DNA of 64,000 nucleotides from an uncultured virus (IMG/VR IMGVR_UViG_3300028569_000010). Its lineage: Duplodnaviria > Heunggongvirae > Uroviricota > Caudoviricetes. The notes below the pieces were generated by a model. That model did not search any database and had not been told where the DNA came from. It saw only the letters and a list, made by a program, of their open reading frames with translations. Numbering within the stretch: the stretch's first letter is position 1; each line of letters opens with the position of its first letter. The stretch lies in the IMG/VR virus record IMGVR_UViG_3300028569_000010; one strand, 5' to 3'. Below are positions 9,257 to 19,749 of this stretch, piece after piece. The translations under genes were made by a program, and so were the position numbers.

Positions 9257-10918
9257 ATGAGGAAAAAAAGAATATTATTTTGTAGTGAAGCTACATTCTT
9301 AAACACTGGATACGCTACTTATACTAGAGAAATATTAAACTATTTACATAGTACAAATAAGTATGAGATAGCAGAAATGGCTGCATACGGAAGCAGACAT
9401 GACCCAAGGGGTACGAGTTTACCTTGGAAATATTACGGTGTTGCTCCAGACGATAAGTGTTCTAAAGAAGAGCATGATGCTTATAATTCAGTTCCTACAA
9501 ATCAATTTGGCGAATTTATCTTCAATGATGTATGCCTTGACTTTAAGCCGGATGTAGTGTGTGACATACGAGACTTTTGGATGTTAGATTTTGTTGAAAG
9601 ATCTCCATTCAGAAGCTTTTTTAAGTGGGCTATTATGCCCACTGTAGATGCCGCACCACAAGCGCGTCAATGGATTGCAACTTATGCTAACGCCGATGCG
9701 TGTTTTACATACTCTGATTGGGCTGGAAAGGTATTGATTGATCAATCTGGTGGAAAAATTAATTATCTAGGTAGTTCGCCACCATCTGCTGATCCAGCTT
9801 ATAAGCCAATAGAAAACAAAGAAGCGTTAAGACAAAGCTTAGGTCTAAATCCTAATGCAAAAATTATTGGCACCGTGATGAGAAATCAACGTAGAAAATT
9901 ATATCCAGATTTATTTAAAGCTTTTAAGAAGTTCTTATCATTAGTACCAGATCCAGAAAATTACTTCTTATACTGTCACACAAGTTATCCAGATCTAGGT
10001 TGGGATTTACCAGAGTTAATTCAGGAAAATGAATTAGCAAGTAAGGTATATTTCACATATATATGTCCAGATACAAAACAGCCATTTCCTAGTCTATTCA
10101 GGGGGGCTGTAACAGTTTCTCCATTTACGCAAAAATATGGAGCGACCGTTTCTAGCGTTAAGAATGGAGCAAGCTATGAACATCTATCAATGATAATGAA
10201 TCTTTTTGATTTGTATGTTCAATATGCTAACTGTGAAGGTTTCGGACTCCCACAAGTAGAGGCTGCGGCTTGTGGAATACCAGTTATGTCTACTGATTAT
10301 TCAGCAATGGAAAGCGTTGTACGTCAACTTGGTGGAACCCCATTAACGCCAAAGGCTTTATACAAAGAATTAGAAACTGGATGCATGAGAGCAGTTCCAG
10401 ACAATGATTTTGCTGCACAAAAATTTCTAGAATTCTTCGAAAAAACTAAAGAGGAAAGAGAAGAAATAGGAAAAAAGACAAGAGAATTATTTGAACAGCA
10501 ATTTCAGTGGCATATAAGCGGTGGTCAGTGGGAAAAGTATTTTGATAGCGTAGAAATTATTCCAGAGGAAAAGTCTTGGAAGTCGCCACCTAGGATTTCT
10601 TATCCTGCTCAACCATTAACAGAAGATCAGTTAAATAATGTTTCTAATTATCAAGAATTAGCTCAGTGGTTAATAGTCGAAGTTTTAAGAGAACCAGAAA
10701 AATTAAATACTTTTCTAGAAGCTAGATTAATTAGAGATCTAACTTATAAAACATCTACTGCGACCACCGGGGGAATGTATTATAATGAGAGTTCAGCAGC
10801 TTTTGACAATAAGCGATTAACACCATTTTCATTTGAGGATGCCTATAAGCACTTTTCATCACTTTGTGAGAGAAGAAATCATTGGGAACAAAGAAGATTA
10901 AAGGTTATTAATCAATGA
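9257..10918 (+). CDS. Glycosyltransferase, GT-B (GT4-like)
   Basis: TGYA, RNQRRK, EGFGLPQVEAAACGIP. Confidence 0.9.
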   Translation: MRKKRILFCSEATFLNTGYATYTREILNYLHSTNKYEIAEMAAYGSRHDPRGTSLPWKYYGVAPDDKCSKEEHDAYNSVPTNQFGEFIFNDVCLDFKPDVVCDIRDFWMLDFVERSPFRSFFKWAIMPTVDAAPQARQWIATYANADACFTYSDWAGKVLIDQSGGKINYLGSSPPSADPAYKPIENKEALRQSLGLNPNAKIIGTVMRNQRRKLYPDLFKAFKKFLSLVPDPENYFLYCHTSYPDLGWDLPELIQENELASKVYFTYICPDTKQPFPSLFRGAVTVSPFTQKYGATVSSVKNGASYEHLSMIMNLFDLYVQYANCEGFGLPQVEAAACGIPVMSTDYSAMESVVRQLGGTPLTPKALYKELETGCMRAVPDNDFAAQKFLEFFEKTKEEREEIGKKTRELFEQQFQWHISGGQWEKYFDSVEIIPEEKSWKSPPRISYPAQPLTEDQLNNVSNYQELAQWLIVEVLREPEKLNTFLEARLIRDLTYKTSTATTGGMYYNESSAAFDNKRLTPFSFEDAYKHFSSLCERRNHWEQRRLKVINQ

Positions 10919-11547
10919 AAGTGATATGTGTTTCAAATTATGAAGATAACTTTCAAGATATATATAACGTAGTATATCCACATAATAAAGTTTATTTTGA
11001 TAGGCACGGAATAGATTATAAGGTAGTAAAGACATCTACCGAAGAGTCTGTTAGTAAAAAATATTGGGACAAAATTTTCTTAGTTAAGCAATTACTAGAA
11101 GAAAAAACCCACGAATGGATTTTTTTACTTGATATTGATGCTATTATCGTAGATCAAAGTATCGATATAAGAAACATCATTAGTATGTCTAGGGAAAAAG
11201 CTGATATATTACTATGTCACACAAATTGTGATCCACGCGAAAGATATTGGAATATTAACATTGGGGCCGTATTGTTTAAAACAAGTCCTTATAGTTTAGA
11301 TATTATTAATGAAATGATTAGACAAGCAAATGCTACAGGGTTTACTTCTTATGAACAACCAATACTACAACGCATGTTAAAGCATAATCATAATGATATA
11401 CTCAATCATACAGAAATATTTCCAGCAGAAGCCTTCAATCACGAAGGTAAGTTTATATATCACGCATGTAATATTAGCTCAACTCATGGAAACTTAAAAG
11501 ATCAAGTTAAATTAAAAAAAGAAGCATTAAGGAATATTATCAAATGA
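10915..11547 (+). CDS. Glycosyltransferase, GT-A (GT34/galactosyltransferase-like)
   Basis: YWDKI, WIFLLDIDA (DxD), INIGAVLFK, YEQ. Confidence 0.75.
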   Translation: MKVICVSNYEDNFQDIYNVVYPHNKVYFDRHGIDYKVVKTSTEESVSKKYWDKIFLVKQLLEEKTHEWIFLLDIDAIIVDQSIDIRNIISMSREKADILLCHTNCDPRERYWNINIGAVLFKTSPYSLDIINEMIRQANATGFTSYEQPILQRMLKHNHNDILNHTEIFPAEAFNHEGKFIYHACNISSTHGNLKDQVKLKKEALRNIIK

Positions 11548-12656
11548 ACATACTATATATTGGACATTATAAAGAGGGAAGCGGCTGGTCACAGGCTGCA
11601 ATAGATTATATTTTGGCCTTAGATGCAATAGGAGAGAATGTAGTTTGTAGAAATATTACGCTAACAAGGGATAATGTTGACAATCTTCCTAAGCGTATTT
11701 TAGAACTTGAAAAGAAAAATATTAATAATATAGATGTATGCATTCAACACGTTTTGCCACACCATTTAGTTCCCACGGAAAAATTTAAAAAGAATATAGC
11801 ATACTTTGTTTTTGAATCAAGTACCATAAAACACATACCTTGGCTTGGCGCATTGAAGCAAATGGACGAGGTTTGGGTTCCAAACTCTGATGCGAAAAAT
11901 AGATTAATATCAGATGGTCTAAACAATGTTAAAGTTTTATCGCACACATTTGATATGATAAAGTATAGAGGATTTTATAATCATATAGCATTTCCAGATC
12001 TATCAACATTTAAATTTTATACCATTTTAGATTTAAATGAACGTAAGAACTTAGAGAGTATAATCAAATGTTTCCACTCTGAATTTCAGGACAATGATAA
12101 TGTAGACTTAGTATTAAAAGTAAAGAAGTATGGAGTTAGTGATGATGTGTTGTTTAGACATGTTAATGATTTTTGCTCTGATATAAAAAAGAAATTGAGA
12201 ATACACAAAGATGTTAATAGATATAAGCAAGAAATTATCATATGCGGTTCACTTAATGAGGAACAGATTCTAAGTTTACATAGCTCATGTAATTGTTTTA
12301 TAAATGTATCTCATGGAGAAGCGTGGTCTATTCCTACATTTGACGCAATGTGTTTTGGTAATACTCCGATTGCCTGTAATGAGGGTGGCCCAAAAGAATA
12401 CATAGATAACGATAAAAATTCTGGCACATTAATCAATGGTGTTTATTCAGTGTGCTGCCAACAGGACGCTGCTTTTGATTTTATATTTACTGGTAAAGAA
12501 GAGTGGTTTGTACCAAGTGAAAGAGAAATAAAAGCCGCTATGAGATATTACTATGAAAATAGAGATAATATTAATAAGGATTATGGTTTTGAACAAGGCA
12601 AAAAATTCTCATATGAAAATATTGGAAAACTTATGAAGGACTATATAAATGAGTAA
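11544..12656 (+). CDS. Glycosyltransferase, GT-B (GT4-like)
   Basis: DEVWVP, ERKN, SHGEAWSIPTFDAMCFG. Confidence 0.85.
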   Translation: MNILYIGHYKEGSGWSQAAIDYILALDAIGENVVCRNITLTRDNVDNLPKRILELEKKNINNIDVCIQHVLPHHLVPTEKFKKNIAYFVFESSTIKHIPWLGALKQMDEVWVPNSDAKNRLISDGLNNVKVLSHTFDMIKYRGFYNHIAFPDLSTFKFYTILDLNERKNLESIIKCFHSEFQDNDNVDLVLKVKKYGVSDDVLFRHVNDFCSDIKKKLRIHKDVNRYKQEIIICGSLNEEQILSLHSSCNCFINVSHGEAWSIPTFDAMCFGNTPIACNEGGPKEYIDNDKNSGTLINGVYSVCCQQDAAFDFIFTGKEEWFVPSEREIKAAMRYYYENRDNINKDYGFEQGKKFSYENIGKLMKDYINE

Positions 12657-13638
12657 ATTAAGTAAGATAATCAGTTTGGCTAATAGTGAGAAGCCAGAGA
12701 AATATAGAATACTAACATTTCCTACCCATGAGAGATATGAAACCCAGTTATGCAAAACTGGTCATGAGTTTTATTCATTTCATCTTAAGGGGAGTAAGAA
12801 ATGGAATAAAGAACAGGTAGAGGTTCCCAGCAACTACCATATTTTACCAGAGAACGAAGTATCAAGTTATCTTGACTTTGACTTTATATTAGTTCAAAGT
12901 AAATTCTGGCAATATCAAGTGGCGCAACAAATAAATGAGAGATTACAATTACCAATAATAGTATTAGAACATACAGTTCCAACGCCTCAAACTATTAGCA
13001 AAGAACAGTTTGAACAAATGAGACAAATGATTGGAAATAAAAATGTTTTCATATCTGAATATTCTAAGGACGCTTGGGGCATTACATACAATACGAAAGT
13101 CATACATCACGGCTTAGATACTGAATCGTTTAAGAGTAATGAATTAACAAAACAAGAACATATACTTACAGTAGCAAATGATTTCGTAAAGAGAGATTAC
13201 TGCCTTAATTATTCTGGATGGAAAAGAATAACTGATGGGTTATCAACAAAATTAATTGGAGATACTCAAGGTTTATCAGAACCAGCAAAAAGCACAGAGG
13301 AGCTTATCAAGGCATATAATGAATGTGGAGTATACCTTAATACTTCTACACTAAGTCCCATACCTATGTCTTTATTAGAAGCAATGTCTTGTGGCTGTGC
13401 TGTTGTGTCTACAGCAACTTGTATGATTCCAGAAATAGTAGAGAATGGCGTTAATGGCTTTATATCTAACGATGAGTCTGAATTAAGATCACACATCGTG
13501 AAGCTACTAGAAGACAAAGATTTAAGAAATACTATTGGCAACAATGCTAGACAAACAATTGAAAATAGGTTTTCTTTATCAAAATTTATAGACAATTGGA
13601 ATAATGTATTTGATGAAACTTACGAGGAACAATTATGA
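12649..13638 (+). CDS. Glycosyltransferase, GT-B (GT4-like)
   Basis: PMSLLEAMSCGCAVVST, IPEIVENGVNGF, GNNARQTI. Confidence 0.9.
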   Translation: MSKLSKIISLANSEKPEKYRILTFPTHERYETQLCKTGHEFYSFHLKGSKKWNKEQVEVPSNYHILPENEVSSYLDFDFILVQSKFWQYQVAQQINERLQLPIIVLEHTVPTPQTISKEQFEQMRQMIGNKNVFISEYSKDAWGITYNTKVIHHGLDTESFKSNELTKQEHILTVANDFVKRDYCLNYSGWKRITDGLSTKLIGDTQGLSEPAKSTEELIKAYNECGVYLNTSTLSPIPMSLLEAMSCGCAVVSTATCMIPEIVENGVNGFISNDESELRSHIVKLLEDKDLRNTIGNNARQTIENRFSLSKFIDNWNNVFDETYEEQL

Positions 13639-14063
13639 AACTATATATTACAAGTGATGTAGGTAAAAATATAAGTGGCTACGACACAATAGCATTACGC
13701 GGTGGAAAGTTTAATCTTGATGATATATCTAATAATTCATGTGAAGAAATTGTATTTATAGATGGACTTGAAACTATTAAAATTAGTGATTTGCCACAAG
13801 CATTAAATACCATATTTTCAAAAATGCGCATTGGCTGCAAGTTAGTACTAAGCGCAGTTGATTTACATACATTGTCGCAATATGTATTAAATGGAAATAT
13901 AGATATTGAAAATTATGCCAAAATAATAGAAGATAAAGCATTTATATCAGATTTATCAAAAATGAGAAATATATTAAAGTCTGCTGGTATAACAATAGAA
14001 AAAATTACCCTTAAGGATATATACTATGAAATCTCGGCAAGAAGAAAAGCAATATCAAACTAA
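13635..14063 (+). CDS. Hypothetical protein, possibly a degenerate SAM methyltransferase fold
   Basis: NNSCEEI..LE..L..IFSKMRIGCKL resembles the 'w.rvLkpGG.l' region; no GxG motif is present. Confidence 0.5.
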   Translation: MKLYITSDVGKNISGYDTIALRGGKFNLDDISNNSCEEIVFIDGLETIKISDLPQALNTIFSKMRIGCKLVLSAVDLHTLSQYVLNGNIDIENYAKIIEDKAFISDLSKMRNILKSAGITIEKITLKDIYYEISARRKAISN

Positions 14064-14778
14064 TTGCTTAGACTGCGCTTCTGCAATATATAAGGATAAC
14101 AAGCAAATTGATTGTGCGATCAAAAGATTGGATAGTTTTATTAAAAGAGATGAAGCGCAAGTCATCGCACATGAAGATAAAGAGTCGTATGTAATAACTA
14201 GAATATGTAACGCTTATAGAAGTCCAACTTGGAATAATGGAATACTAGACACAGAATTATTACTTAGAGAAGTGTCGCAAACTTTTGGTATTATAATAGA
14301 TACTAATGGGATGACAAAAGAAATAGCAGATAATATATATGATAGAATAATAGCATTAAACTATGATAAATCTAAGTTAACTATAGTATTAAGTAGTTCA
14401 GTAGCTTCTAAAAATATTCACAATGTTTTGCATCTATTTAACAAGCTGATAAACGTTCCTATAAAAGCTATTACTATGAATTATGTAGAAGATTCTTTTA
14501 ATCTATTCGTAAGACAAGTAATGAAACATAACATATCTAATAGTTTCACATATTATACTTCGACAGATATAGAACTATTTGACCTCTCAGTATTAAGTAC
14601 TATTAATGATTTAATCAGTATTAAAATGGAGAAACTTGTTGTCATCGAAACAGAAAAAAACAAATTTGTCTTCACTAAGGGCTTTAAGGATTATTTAAAT
14701 ACATGTCCTAGTTATTGGATGTCGTTAGATAATTTTGTTCAATTATCTAAAGATGTTGGATATTATAAAAAACTATGA
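14026..14778 (+). CDS. Hypothetical protein (N-terminal Cys cluster)
   Basis: 250-aa ORF overlapping both neighbours; CLDC..C..C near the N-terminus. Confidence 0.6.
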   Translation: MKSRQEEKQYQTNCLDCASAIYKDNKQIDCAIKRLDSFIKRDEAQVIAHEDKESYVITRICNAYRSPTWNNGILDTELLLREVSQTFGIIIDTNGMTKEIADNIYDRIIALNYDKSKLTIVLSSSVASKNIHNVLHLFNKLINVPIKAITMNYVEDSFNLFVRQVMKHNISNSFTYYTSTDIELFDLSVLSTINDLISIKMEKLVVIETEKNKFVFTKGFKDYLNTCPSYWMSLDNFVQLSKDVGYYKKL

Positions 14779-15485
14779 ATATAACAAAAAAACATATCCA
14801 TGTAATAAAAAATGCGAATGCCGCAAAAGAACATTTTGTAAGTATCATTATACTTGCTGATAGGATAAATAGAGATAAAAAAAATAACATCTCTTATTTG
14901 TCTACTATAAAAAATAAATGCGTTATCGATATACAATTATCACATATACTAAGTACTTTTAAAAATTTAGAAATAATAATCTCTATAAATAACGATCAAC
15001 ACGATTTATTAAATTACATTAAATCATCATATAGTTCCAAAAATATACGATTTGTAGAAAATTGTTCTTCTAGTGATACTAATGATTCAGAAAGTCTTAG
15101 ATTATGTCTTAACAATATATATAACGATAAAATCATAGTAATTAAGGGTGGCGTTTTATTCCCTATTTATGATCTATCAAAAATAGATTTAGATAAATCT
15201 GGAATTATAATTGGGCCACTAGACAGAAGATTTGAAGTTGGAGTAATATATAATGAGAAACAAAACTTAGACCATTTAGGATTTGGTCTAAATAACTCAT
15301 GGGTGGAAATATTTTGGATAAATAATATGCATAGCATAAATGCATTGAGAGGTATAGTCTCTACTAAAATGTATAAGAAAAAATTTATATTTGAAGCGCT
15401 AAACGATCTCGTAGAATTAAAAAACCATAAGCTACACACACATTTTATAAACAATATAACAACGAATAATTTTGGAGGGATTTAA
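14775..15485 (+). CDS. Nucleotidyltransferase-like (NTP_transferase fold) protein, degenerate
   Basis: SIIILAD, VIDIQL, IRFVEN..TNDSESLRL, IIVIKGG, FIFEALN echo the sugar/choline-phosphate NTase layout. Confidence 0.55.
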   Translation: MNITKKHIHVIKNANAAKEHFVSIIILADRINRDKKNNISYLSTIKNKCVIDIQLSHILSTFKNLEIIISINNDQHDLLNYIKSSYSSKNIRFVENCSSSDTNDSESLRLCLNNIYNDKIIVIKGGVLFPIYDLSKIDLDKSGIIIGPLDRRFEVGVIYNEKQNLDHLGFGLNNSWVEIFWINNMHSINALRGIVSTKMYKKKFIFEALNDLVELKNHKLHTHFINNITTNNFGGI

Positions 15486-16327
15486 TGAAGGCGATTGTAC
15501 AAAATTATGTTACAGCATTCAGTACTGAATCAATGTATATAACAGAAACTATCAATAGAATCAGTGGGTGTAGTGCGGCATATTGGAAGAATAATATAAG
15601 CGCGTATGATATTTTTGATACTGTAAAACCAGACATATTTTTTACACATGCCTCATTCTTAAAAAAGGATACGGTAGAGTATTTATCTAATAACGCTAAC
15701 ATTGAATGCGTGTTTAATATAACTGGACTTAATCAAGATGTTGTTAACAATATAAACAATCTAATCAAGGATCAAAATATCAAATGTCCACTATTATATA
15801 CCAACGAGTTAAACAAGAATCTTAAATCAAAAATTAATCTACAGTATATACCATTAGGATTTGATCAGTATAATCCAATTATACATGACATTCCTGACTA
15901 TAAAATAGATCTTGGATGTTTTAGTATAAGTAAAGAAGTAAGCATACCAGAACAATTTAAAACATATCATATTCTTGGATCAGTATCAAATGCTGATATC
16001 AAAAGTACTATCATGGAAATACCAACGCTGTGCAGTAGATATAAAAACTTTGTTATATATGATGACAGTAATATTGTATCTCAAGCATTTTATACTAGCT
16101 TATATCACGGCGTACCTACATATTATCAGACAAATAACGAAAAGATAAAGCAGGCTATCAAAAACATAACTAAATCTGAAAATACCTTTGATATAAATCA
16201 TACAGAAGAATATCAGTGGAAGGATATACAAGAACACATTAAGAGTAAGCATACGTGTGCGAATAGAGTAAAGACAATGTTTTCTAATTTCAGTCATGAT
16301 ATTGCGACTAAGATAGAAACACTATGA
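15485..16327 (+). CDS. Hypothetical protein, possibly degenerate GT-B (CgeB-like)
   Basis: KPDIFF near the N-terminus; C-terminal KHTCANRV parallels HTYKKRI in 18895..19749. Confidence 0.5.
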   Translation: MKAIVQNYVTAFSTESMYITETINRISGCSAAYWKNNISAYDIFDTVKPDIFFTHASFLKKDTVEYLSNNANIECVFNITGLNQDVVNNINNLIKDQNIKCPLLYTNELNKNLKSKINLQYIPLGFDQYNPIIHDIPDYKIDLGCFSISKEVSIPEQFKTYHILGSVSNADIKSTIMEIPTLCSRYKNFVIYDDSNIVSQAFYTSLYHGVPTYYQTNNEKIKQAIKNITKSENTFDINHTEEYQWKDIQEHIKSKHTCANRVKTMFSNFSHDIATKIETL

Positions 16328-17022
16328 AATTATTAGTACAATTTCCCACCCTGTGTAGAAAAGAAAAGTTCTTACACTGTATAGAAAAATATGACAACCT
16401 GTGCGGTAATCACAATGAGGTATTTTTTAATATCAATTGCGATATAGATGATAGCTCAATGAATAATGAGTCTACAAGGGAGTCAATAAAAAGCATAATC
16501 AATAAGGCCAAATATAGAATTAACTACCTAGAAAAGTCAAATAAAATCAGTGCTATAAATGATAGGATTGATATAGATTTTGATGTTGTGCTTTGCGCTT
16601 CTGATGATATGATACCAGTAGTTGATAAGTGGGATGAGTATATCTGTTGTGCTATGAAAGAAAACTTCCCCGATCTAGACGGCGCTTTACATTTCAACGA
16701 TGGCTATACAGAAAATAGCTTGATTACACTATCTATCTTAGGTAAAAAACTATACGATTATTTTGGTTATATTTATCATCCAGACTACAAAAGTCTTTAT
16801 TGTGACAATGAATTTACAGAAGCGGTTAAAACTTTGGGTAAAGTAAAGTACTTGCCAGACATCATAATAAAGCATGAACATTATTCTAGAGAAGGTAATG
16901 TTAATTCTGGAGATCTAGATTTTGCTGCAAAAAAGACTTTGTTCTTTTCTGGAAGAGACGGAGCAGTATATAATAAAAGAAAGGCGCTAGGATTCCCTAG
17001 AGAAAGAATTACAAATGACTAA
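16324..17022 (+). CDS. Glycosyltransferase, GT-A (GT2-like)
   Basis: FPT..R, KISAIN, ASDDM, YCDNEF, IKHEH. Confidence 0.8.
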   Translation: MKLLVQFPTLCRKEKFLHCIEKYDNLCGNHNEVFFNINCDIDDSSMNNESTRESIKSIINKAKYRINYLEKSNKISAINDRIDIDFDVVLCASDDMIPVVDKWDEYICCAMKENFPDLDGALHFNDGYTENSLITLSILGKKLYDYFGYIYHPDYKSLYCDNEFTEAVKTLGKVKYLPDIIIKHEHYSREGNVNSGDLDFAAKKTLFFSGRDGAVYNKRKALGFPRERITND

Positions 17023-17653
17023 AAAAATTATATGTTTTTCCCTATGGGGTAATAATCCAAAATATACAGTTGGCGCTGTAAGAAATGCAGAGTTAGCTAA
17101 AATAATATATCCAGATTGGATATGTAGATTTTATATTGGCAATGATGTTCCTATAGATATTATTCAACAGCTGAAGTCTTTAGATAGCGAATTGCAATTT
17201 ATGGATGATACTGGATGGAATGGTATGATGTGGAGATTTTTAGGTGCTGATTCTGATGATACATATATTTGTAGAGATACTGATAGCAGATTAAATTACA
17301 GAGAAAAGGCAGCAGTAAACGAGTGGCTAAATAGCAATAAGGACTTTCATATAATGAGAGATCATCCTTATCATAAAATTGAAATACTTGGTTGTGCTTG
17401 GGGTTGCAGGAATGGTATACTAAAAGGAATATCAAAGATGATAGAATCATACGATAAAAGAGAGTATGATAATCAGTATCAAGTTGATCAAAATTTTCTT
17501 AAGGAAATGATTTATCCATCAATTAAAAGTAAAGCTATGGTGCATGATGAATTTTTTGAGTTAAAACCATTTCCGGTCGATGCAGAAAAAAGAACTAAAT
17601 CTTATTTTGTAGGACAAGTATATGATGAAAACGAAGTGGCTCAATTTAATTAA
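17015..17653 (+). CDS. Putative GT-A-fold glycan-biosynthesis protein
   Basis: FSLWG..PKY..GA, WRF, RDTDSR (DxD), FHIMRDHPYH, DQNFL. Confidence 0.65.
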   Translation: MTKKIICFSLWGNNPKYTVGAVRNAELAKIIYPDWICRFYIGNDVPIDIIQQLKSLDSELQFMDDTGWNGMMWRFLGADSDDTYICRDTDSRLNYREKAAVNEWLNSNKDFHIMRDHPYHKIEILGCAWGCRNGILKGISKMIESYDKREYDNQYQVDQNFLKEMIYPSIKSKAMVHDEFFELKPFPVDAEKRTKSYFVGQVYDENEVAQFN

Positions 17654-17664
17654 AAGGAAATAAA

Positions 17665-18282
17665 ATGCATAATTTTTATTCGCAATATGGAGAAGAAAAA
17701 ATATTATCTCAATTCTTTGGAGATAAACAAAATGGATTTTTAGTAGATATTGGTGCTATGGATGGTGTAACGTATTCTAATTCAAGATATTTAATACAAA
17801 ACAAATCTTGGTCTGGAATATTGGTAGAGCCACATCCAGAATATTTTCAAAATCTACAAAAAATATATCAAAATAACAATAATGTTAGACTGTTAAATTA
17901 TGGATGTTTTAATATAGAAACTGAGCTAGATTTTTATCTATACTCTACTGGTATAGATGGATCAGTTTCAACTATGTCTAAAGATTTTAAAGAACACATT
18001 ACTAATAAGCATGGCGATAAATATAGAGAAACCATTAAAATTAATACTATGACATTGAATAATGTTATAAAAGATTGTGATCACATAGATTTTTTGTCAG
18101 TAGATGTTGAAGGTGTAGATATGGAAGTGCTGTCATCAAATGATTGGACAAAGAATAGACCATCCCTATTGTGTGTAGAGCATAGCATGAATATTAACAC
18201 TCTCACTGATTTCATGAGCAGCATATATTACATTAAATATGCGGAAACTGCTGGAAACACATTCTTTTCTAGAAAGTCTTAA
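17665..18282 (+). CDS. FkbM-family methyltransferase
   Basis: YSQYGEE, VDIGAMDG..SNS, GILVEP, IDFLSVDVEG, VEH. Confidence 0.9.
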   Translation: MHNFYSQYGEEKILSQFFGDKQNGFLVDIGAMDGVTYSNSRYLIQNKSWSGILVEPHPEYFQNLQKIYQNNNNVRLLNYGCFNIETELDFYLYSTGIDGSVSTMSKDFKEHITNKHGDKYRETIKINTMTLNNVIKDCDHIDFLSVDVEGVDMEVLSSNDWTKNRPSLLCVEHSMNINTLTDFMSSIYYIKYAETAGNTFFSRKS

Positions 18283-18285
18283 ATA

Positions 18286-18891
18286 ATGCTTAAAAAAATA
18301 GGATCTGATTGGGGTGGGTGGATAATAGATACAGATCTAATACGATCAAATAGTTTTGTTTTATCAGCCGGTTTGGCTCATGATATAACATTTGACTTAG
18401 GGTTGTTAGCACTAGACAATACTATAAAAATCATAGGAATAGATCCAACAAACTCATCAAAGAATAGTGTTAATAATATACCCTTACAATTTAAAGATAG
18501 GTATACTCATATAGAAAAATGTTTATATGGGACAAAAGAAAAAATAAGAATAGGTGGAGAAGCATCTTCAATAATAAATAATGGATATGGAGAATTATTT
18601 GATACAATACTTATTAATGACATATTAGATCAATATGATATATCTATACTAAAAATGGATATTGAAGGATCAGAATACTCTTGCATAAACTCAATAAACG
18701 ACCTAAAAGTAGATCAAGTATGTATAGAATGGCATCACTGGTTAGGAGATATGTTTACCATACAGGAAACTTTGTCATGTATAGATAAAATAAAGTCTTT
18801 TGGATATACAGAGGTTGTAAGAGAGTCAGAGAATCCACCTAAAAGGTATATCAAAGAGTCTATATTTATTAAAAGCTCATTGATAAGTTGA
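18286..18891 (+). CDS. FkbM-like methyltransferase
   Basis: GSDWGGW, SAG..DITFD, DPT, ILKMDIEGSEY, QVCIEWH. Confidence 0.85.
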   Translation: MLKKIGSDWGGWIIDTDLIRSNSFVLSAGLAHDITFDLGLLALDNTIKIIGIDPTNSSKNSVNNIPLQFKDRYTHIEKCLYGTKEKIRIGGEASSIINNGYGELFDTILINDILDQYDISILKMDIEGSEYSCINSINDLKVDQVCIEWHHWLGDMFTIQETLSCIDKIKSFGYTEVVRESENPPKRYIKESIFIKSSLIS

Positions 18892-18894
18892 AAT

Positions 18895-19749
18895 ATGAAA
18901 ATACTATTAATACAAGAAGCTAGTAGACATAAAGAAAACGTAGTATTTAGAGAGTGCCTTTCTTTAAGAAGGGCTTTTGAATATAATAATCATCAAGCTG
19001 ATGTATGGGGATTAGGTCACGATAATTTTATTCATACTCCAGAGTGGGAAAGTTACGACTTAATTATTAATCTAGAAAACTATGATGAAGCTGGGTGGGT
19101 GCCTAATCTTAGTAGCATACAAACAGTTAAGTGCTTATGGTCTATAGACGCACATTGTAAAGGTATTAATAGTTACTTGAAAACATTTGTTGATGGAAAA
19201 TATGATTTTATACTACAAGCAACACCAGAGTTCCTTGATGAGAACAGTGTATGGATGCCAAATGCTTATGATGACGATATAATAAAGCCACTTAACTTAG
19301 AGAAGAAATACGATGTTGGATTTTGTGGCCACATAAATAATAGAAGAACTTTAATAGATATATTACAAGGTAATTTTAATTTTAGACTAGATGAAGGTGT
19401 TCGTGGTGACAATATGGTTGAAGCTATAAATAGATATAGGATTCATTTTAATGCAAATATTTCTATTGATATTAATTATAGACACTTTGAAACCATTGGC
19501 TGCGGAACATGCCTACTAACAAGTTACAATAAGCATTTATCAACTTTGGGTTTTGAAGATGGTGTGAATTGTATCATTTATAGAAACGCGAGAGAGATGT
19601 TACAAAAAACACAAAAAATATTGGACAATCCAGAACAATTGGATACAATAGTAAGTGGCGGATTAACACTCGCAACAGATCATACATATAAAAAGAGAAT
19701 ACCTTTAATTCTCAATGCTTACAATCATTTCAAAAATAGGAATAAATAA
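18895..19749 (+). CDS. Glycosyltransferase, CgeB-like GT-B
   Basis: YDVGFCG, IHFN..DINYRHFETIGCG, HTYKKRI. Confidence 0.85.
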   Translation: MKILLIQEASRHKENVVFRECLSLRRAFEYNNHQADVWGLGHDNFIHTPEWESYDLIINLENYDEAGWVPNLSSIQTVKCLWSIDAHCKGINSYLKTFVDGKYDFILQATPEFLDENSVWMPNAYDDDIIKPLNLEKKYDVGFCGHINNRRTLIDILQGNFNFRLDEGVRGDNMVEAINRYRIHFNANISIDINYRHFETIGCGTCLLTSYNKHLSTLGFEDGVNCIIYRNAREMLQKTQKILDNPEQLDTIVSGGLTLATDHTYKKRIPLILNAYNHFKNRNK

